The translations under genes were made by a program, and so were the position numbers. Below are positions 61,751 through 64,000 of a stretch of 64,000 bases of DNA, piece after piece. This DNA comes from Candidatus Poribacteria bacterium (lineage in GTDB: Bacteria; Poribacteria; WGA-4E; WGA-3G): NCBI GenBank assembly GCA_963663765.2, contig CAXXUA010000013.1, forward strand, positions 64,001-128,000, in the 5' to 3' direction. Numbering within the stretch: position 1 is the first letter of the stretch; each line of letters opens with the position of its first letter. Below the pieces are notes generated by a model. It saw nothing but the letters and a program-made list of their open reading frames with translations. It did no database searches and was not told the DNA's origin.

Positions 61751-62551
61751 ATGAATCGCAAAAAGGATACCGCCTACGGTATTAACCGGCTCGAATCCAA
61801 GAATGCCAGAGTCGCTATTATTCAGAAGATTTCAGCAGACTTAAATCTAATGCCTATCGTTGCTGAAGCCTACTATAAACAGATTTCTACTTACTTTGAA
61901 CAACATACCGATGTGAAACTGACATCAGGACAAATCTGCTACGAGGCTGTCGCCGCTGAGGAACCCGCAGGAAAACACATCGCTTTAGCGAAAAAAATCT
62001 CCTGTCGGCTCACTCTCAATGACACAAACGCCGATCTTGAAGTCTTAGCGAATTATGGTCTCGCAGGACTCAGACGCCATCGGATCCTCCGATTGACTAA
62101 AGAAACTTACGACCAAGATGCCTTGCTGAGCTATGAAGATTTAGCTGTCTTATTAACCACCAGTCCTTCTACAGTCAAACGTGACATACGTCAGTTGAAA
62201 CAGGAAGGATATTTCGTTATGACGCGCGGGACGAAACACGACATGGGTACCGGCACTTCTCATAAGACGCAGATCTTGGAGCTGTATTTCAAAGTCTATA
62301 CCTTTACCGAAATGGAGCAAAAAACGAACCACAGCGAACGGGCTGTCTACCGCTACTTGAGAGACTTCACACAAGTTGCTACGCTCCACCATCAGGGGTT
62401 CCCTAACGCTCAGATACGCCTGATTACCCATCTCTCTGACCGGTTGATCCGTGAGTATCTCTCGCTGTTCAAGGAATATCAACACACCGATCGCATGACC
62501 CAACTCCTTCACCCAGAACCAGAGGACACAAAAAAGGGGGAACTCTCATGA
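61751..62551 (+). CDS. DUF1670-like HTH protein A
   Basis: GGAGG RBS; YDQDALLSYEDLAVLL..S..TV.RD, TRG..HD.G...SHK, HSERAVYRY. Confidence 0.8.
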   Translation: MNRKKDTAYGINRLESKNARVAIIQKISADLNLMPIVAEAYYKQISTYFEQHTDVKLTSGQICYEAVAAEEPAGKHIALAKKISCRLTLNDTNADLEVLANYGLAGLRRHRILRLTKETYDQDALLSYEDLAVLLTTSPSTVKRDIRQLKQEGYFVMTRGTKHDMGTGTSHKTQILELYFKVYTFTEMEQKTNHSERAVYRYLRDFTQVATLHHQGFPNAQIRLITHLSDRLIREYLSLFKEYQHTDRMTQLLHPEPEDTKKGELS

Positions 62552-63432
62552 GCAAACCTCTAACACGCACGCAAATCAACCAGAAAACATTCAGACGCAT
62601 CAACGATAAGTCTCTACGACAGTTGCTTATCCATCGCTTTCTCAATGACTACGGGTATGACAAAGGCGAAGTCACTGCCACCGCCATTGTTGATGATATT
62701 CTCAAGACTGTTGAGGACTATTTCGTAATTACCCTCCCCTTGGAGAAACTCGCCACCGGTGATCAACTCACAGATGAGCGTTTCCTGAGTTATGGACAAC
62801 TCGTTTGGATGGCTGTCCCTATTGATGAACATCCAGAAAGAGGGAAGTCCATCGTCAAAACCCGGATGAAACCCATCATCTTGACCTATCTCGCTACCGA
62901 GGATATTGAATCTTTTCAAAACGGATTTACCTCCCGACAACTGTGAATCAATCGCTTTGTCCACTGGTGTCATCAAGTTTATGACCAAGGTGCTTTATTG
63001 ACACAACTCGATTTAGCTGTCTTGCTGAACGTCTGCGATGCAGTTGTCTGTGATTATGTCAATGAATGGCAAAAAACCACTGGCGACATCTTGCCCACTC
63101 GGGGCAACATCCATGATTTATCAGGTGCCATTACCCACAAAAAAGAGATCATCACGCTCTATATTCAAGGACATCTTACTCCCAGAATCGCCGCAAAAAC
63201 CAAACATTCTAAGGAGGCAGTTGACCGATACATTCGCGATTATGAGAGCGTCAAAGTCGTTCGGAAAGCAACCGCAGATATTGACCAAATCTCACAGATC
63301 ACACAACTTTCTAAACGCGTTATCACTCAATATCTCGACCTTATTCCACAGCACCAACTTCAAGCGATGGATGCAAACCTTACCAATTCATCTGCAAACG
63401 ATGCAACAACACGCCAAGGAGAAGAACAATGA
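62548..63432 (+). pseudogene. DUF1670-like protein B with an in-frame TGA at 62944-62946
   Basis: ORFs 62548-62946 and 62998-63432 share one frame; YDQGALLTQLDLAVLL, PTRGNIHD...THK, HSKEAVDRY. Confidence 0.8.
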
Positions 63433-63501
63433 TACTAAACCTCCTGATCCACCAGACGAACATTATTCAGCAAAACCGAGGCAGTTTCCTTGAAAATAGG
63501 A

Positions 63502-63529
63502 TTGACAACTGCTACTTGTTTTCTATACT
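63502..63529 (+). promoter_or_regulatory. Near-consensus sigma-70 promoter pointing out of the DUF1670 element
   Basis: TTGACA-16 bp-TATACT. Confidence 0.7.
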
Positions 63530-63535
63530 CTAAGA

Positions 63536-63629
63536 ATGTTTACCGTTAATCGCATCATTATCTCAAAGAGAATGATAGCGATTCCAACTTAACCCACTCA
63601 TCAACGATGGTTGCGAAGCTAATAAACAT
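63536..63629 (+). ncRNA. Putative structured ncRNA (closing stem plus two hairpins)
   Basis: Starts 7 nt after the -10 box; ATGTTTA/TAAACAT closing stem; hairpins at 63548-63583 and 63591-63612. Confidence 0.5.
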
Positions 63630-63661
63630 CAGCATTCCAGTTATCCTATGGTCATATGATA

Positions 63662-64000
63662 CTATTTTTTTATTACCATTTTGCGTGTAATTTTCGATTG
63701 CCCCGCGCTAAGTGTATAGAGATAGATACCACTTGCGACAGGTTCACCAGCAGAATTATATCCATCCCAATGAGCGGAGCGCGACTGTGTACGATATGTG
63801 CCTGCTGTTTGAAAACCAACTTTAAGTTGTCGGATAGTTTCACCTTTTAAATTGTAGATATGGATATTGACATCTGCATCTTGGCCTAAGTCGTAAGGAA
63901 TCCATGTCTCCGGATTAAAAGGATTAGGATAGTTTGGCAATAGTGCCGTTTCCTTTGGAATCACGCGGTTAAGCAATCCTTCTAAGTTAGCAATACCACG
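63662..64000 (-). CDS. C-terminal FlgD-Ig/T9SS-like domain of a secreted protein (truncated by window edge)
   Basis: LLPNYPNPFNPETWIPY...WDG.N..GEPVASGIYLY. Confidence 0.9.
   Translation of the reverse strand, partial: RGIANLEGLLNRVIPKETALLPNYPNPFNPETWIPYDLGQDADVNIHIYNLKGETIRQLKVGFQTAGTYRTQSRSAHWDGYNSAGEPVASGIYLYTLSAGQSKITRKMVIKK

Larger units (their letters stand above)
61660..63659 (+). mobile_element. Putative ~2 kb mobile element with two DUF1670-like genes
   Basis: Junctions gtaTCAaaTGAcc and ggTCAtaTGAtac; inserted in the opposite orientation between two minus-strand genes. Confidence 0.65.

Noticed and set aside
62944-62946. TGA as selenocysteine or alternative genetic code
   Set aside because: The context suggests Arg rather than Cys, no SECIS-like hairpin was evident, and TGA is a normal stop elsewhere in the window
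1-64000. tRNA, rRNA, RAYT or reverse transcriptase genes
   Set aside because: None recognised by eye; a covariance/HMM scan would be needed to exclude short RNAs

Overview
Bacterial genomic window, most likely Candidatus Poribacteria. This is inferred from the secreted-protein C-terminal tags (NYPNPFNPETWIPY FlgD-like domains, dockerin-like domains, VEPxGKxxTTWGxIK) and from the LamG, WD40, phytanoyl-CoA dioxygenase and sulfatase content. Core genes: fabV, thuA, dnaK, icd, mdh, a frameshifted divergent citrate synthase, ABC components and sulfatases. There is also a 2042-aa repeat surface protein. A defence island at about 30.5-44.7 kb holds a type I R-M system with an HsdM-HsdS fusion, an HNH protein, DUF2779, a Kiwa-like pair and a PIN toxin-antitoxin pair, and is interrupted by an ISKra4 element that carries an IS630 and its MITE. 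The intergenic DNA is crowded with nested MITE and REP-like elements. Three observations stand out. (1) A ~2 kb element at 61660-63659 has two DUF1670-like genes and no recognisable transposase. It is bounded by symmetric TCA-NN-TGA junctions and carries a near-consensus promoter followed by a putative structured ncRNA at its right end. (2) A ~35-bp CAAATCAAC+hairpin micro-element inserts into REP/MITE palindromes and into itself; host alleles with 0, 1, 2 and 4 inserts are all visible here. (3) Two strand-specific C-free tracts end at the same 16-bp motif. No rRNA, tRNA or CRISPR array was seen. All family assignments come from motif recognition, not database searches.
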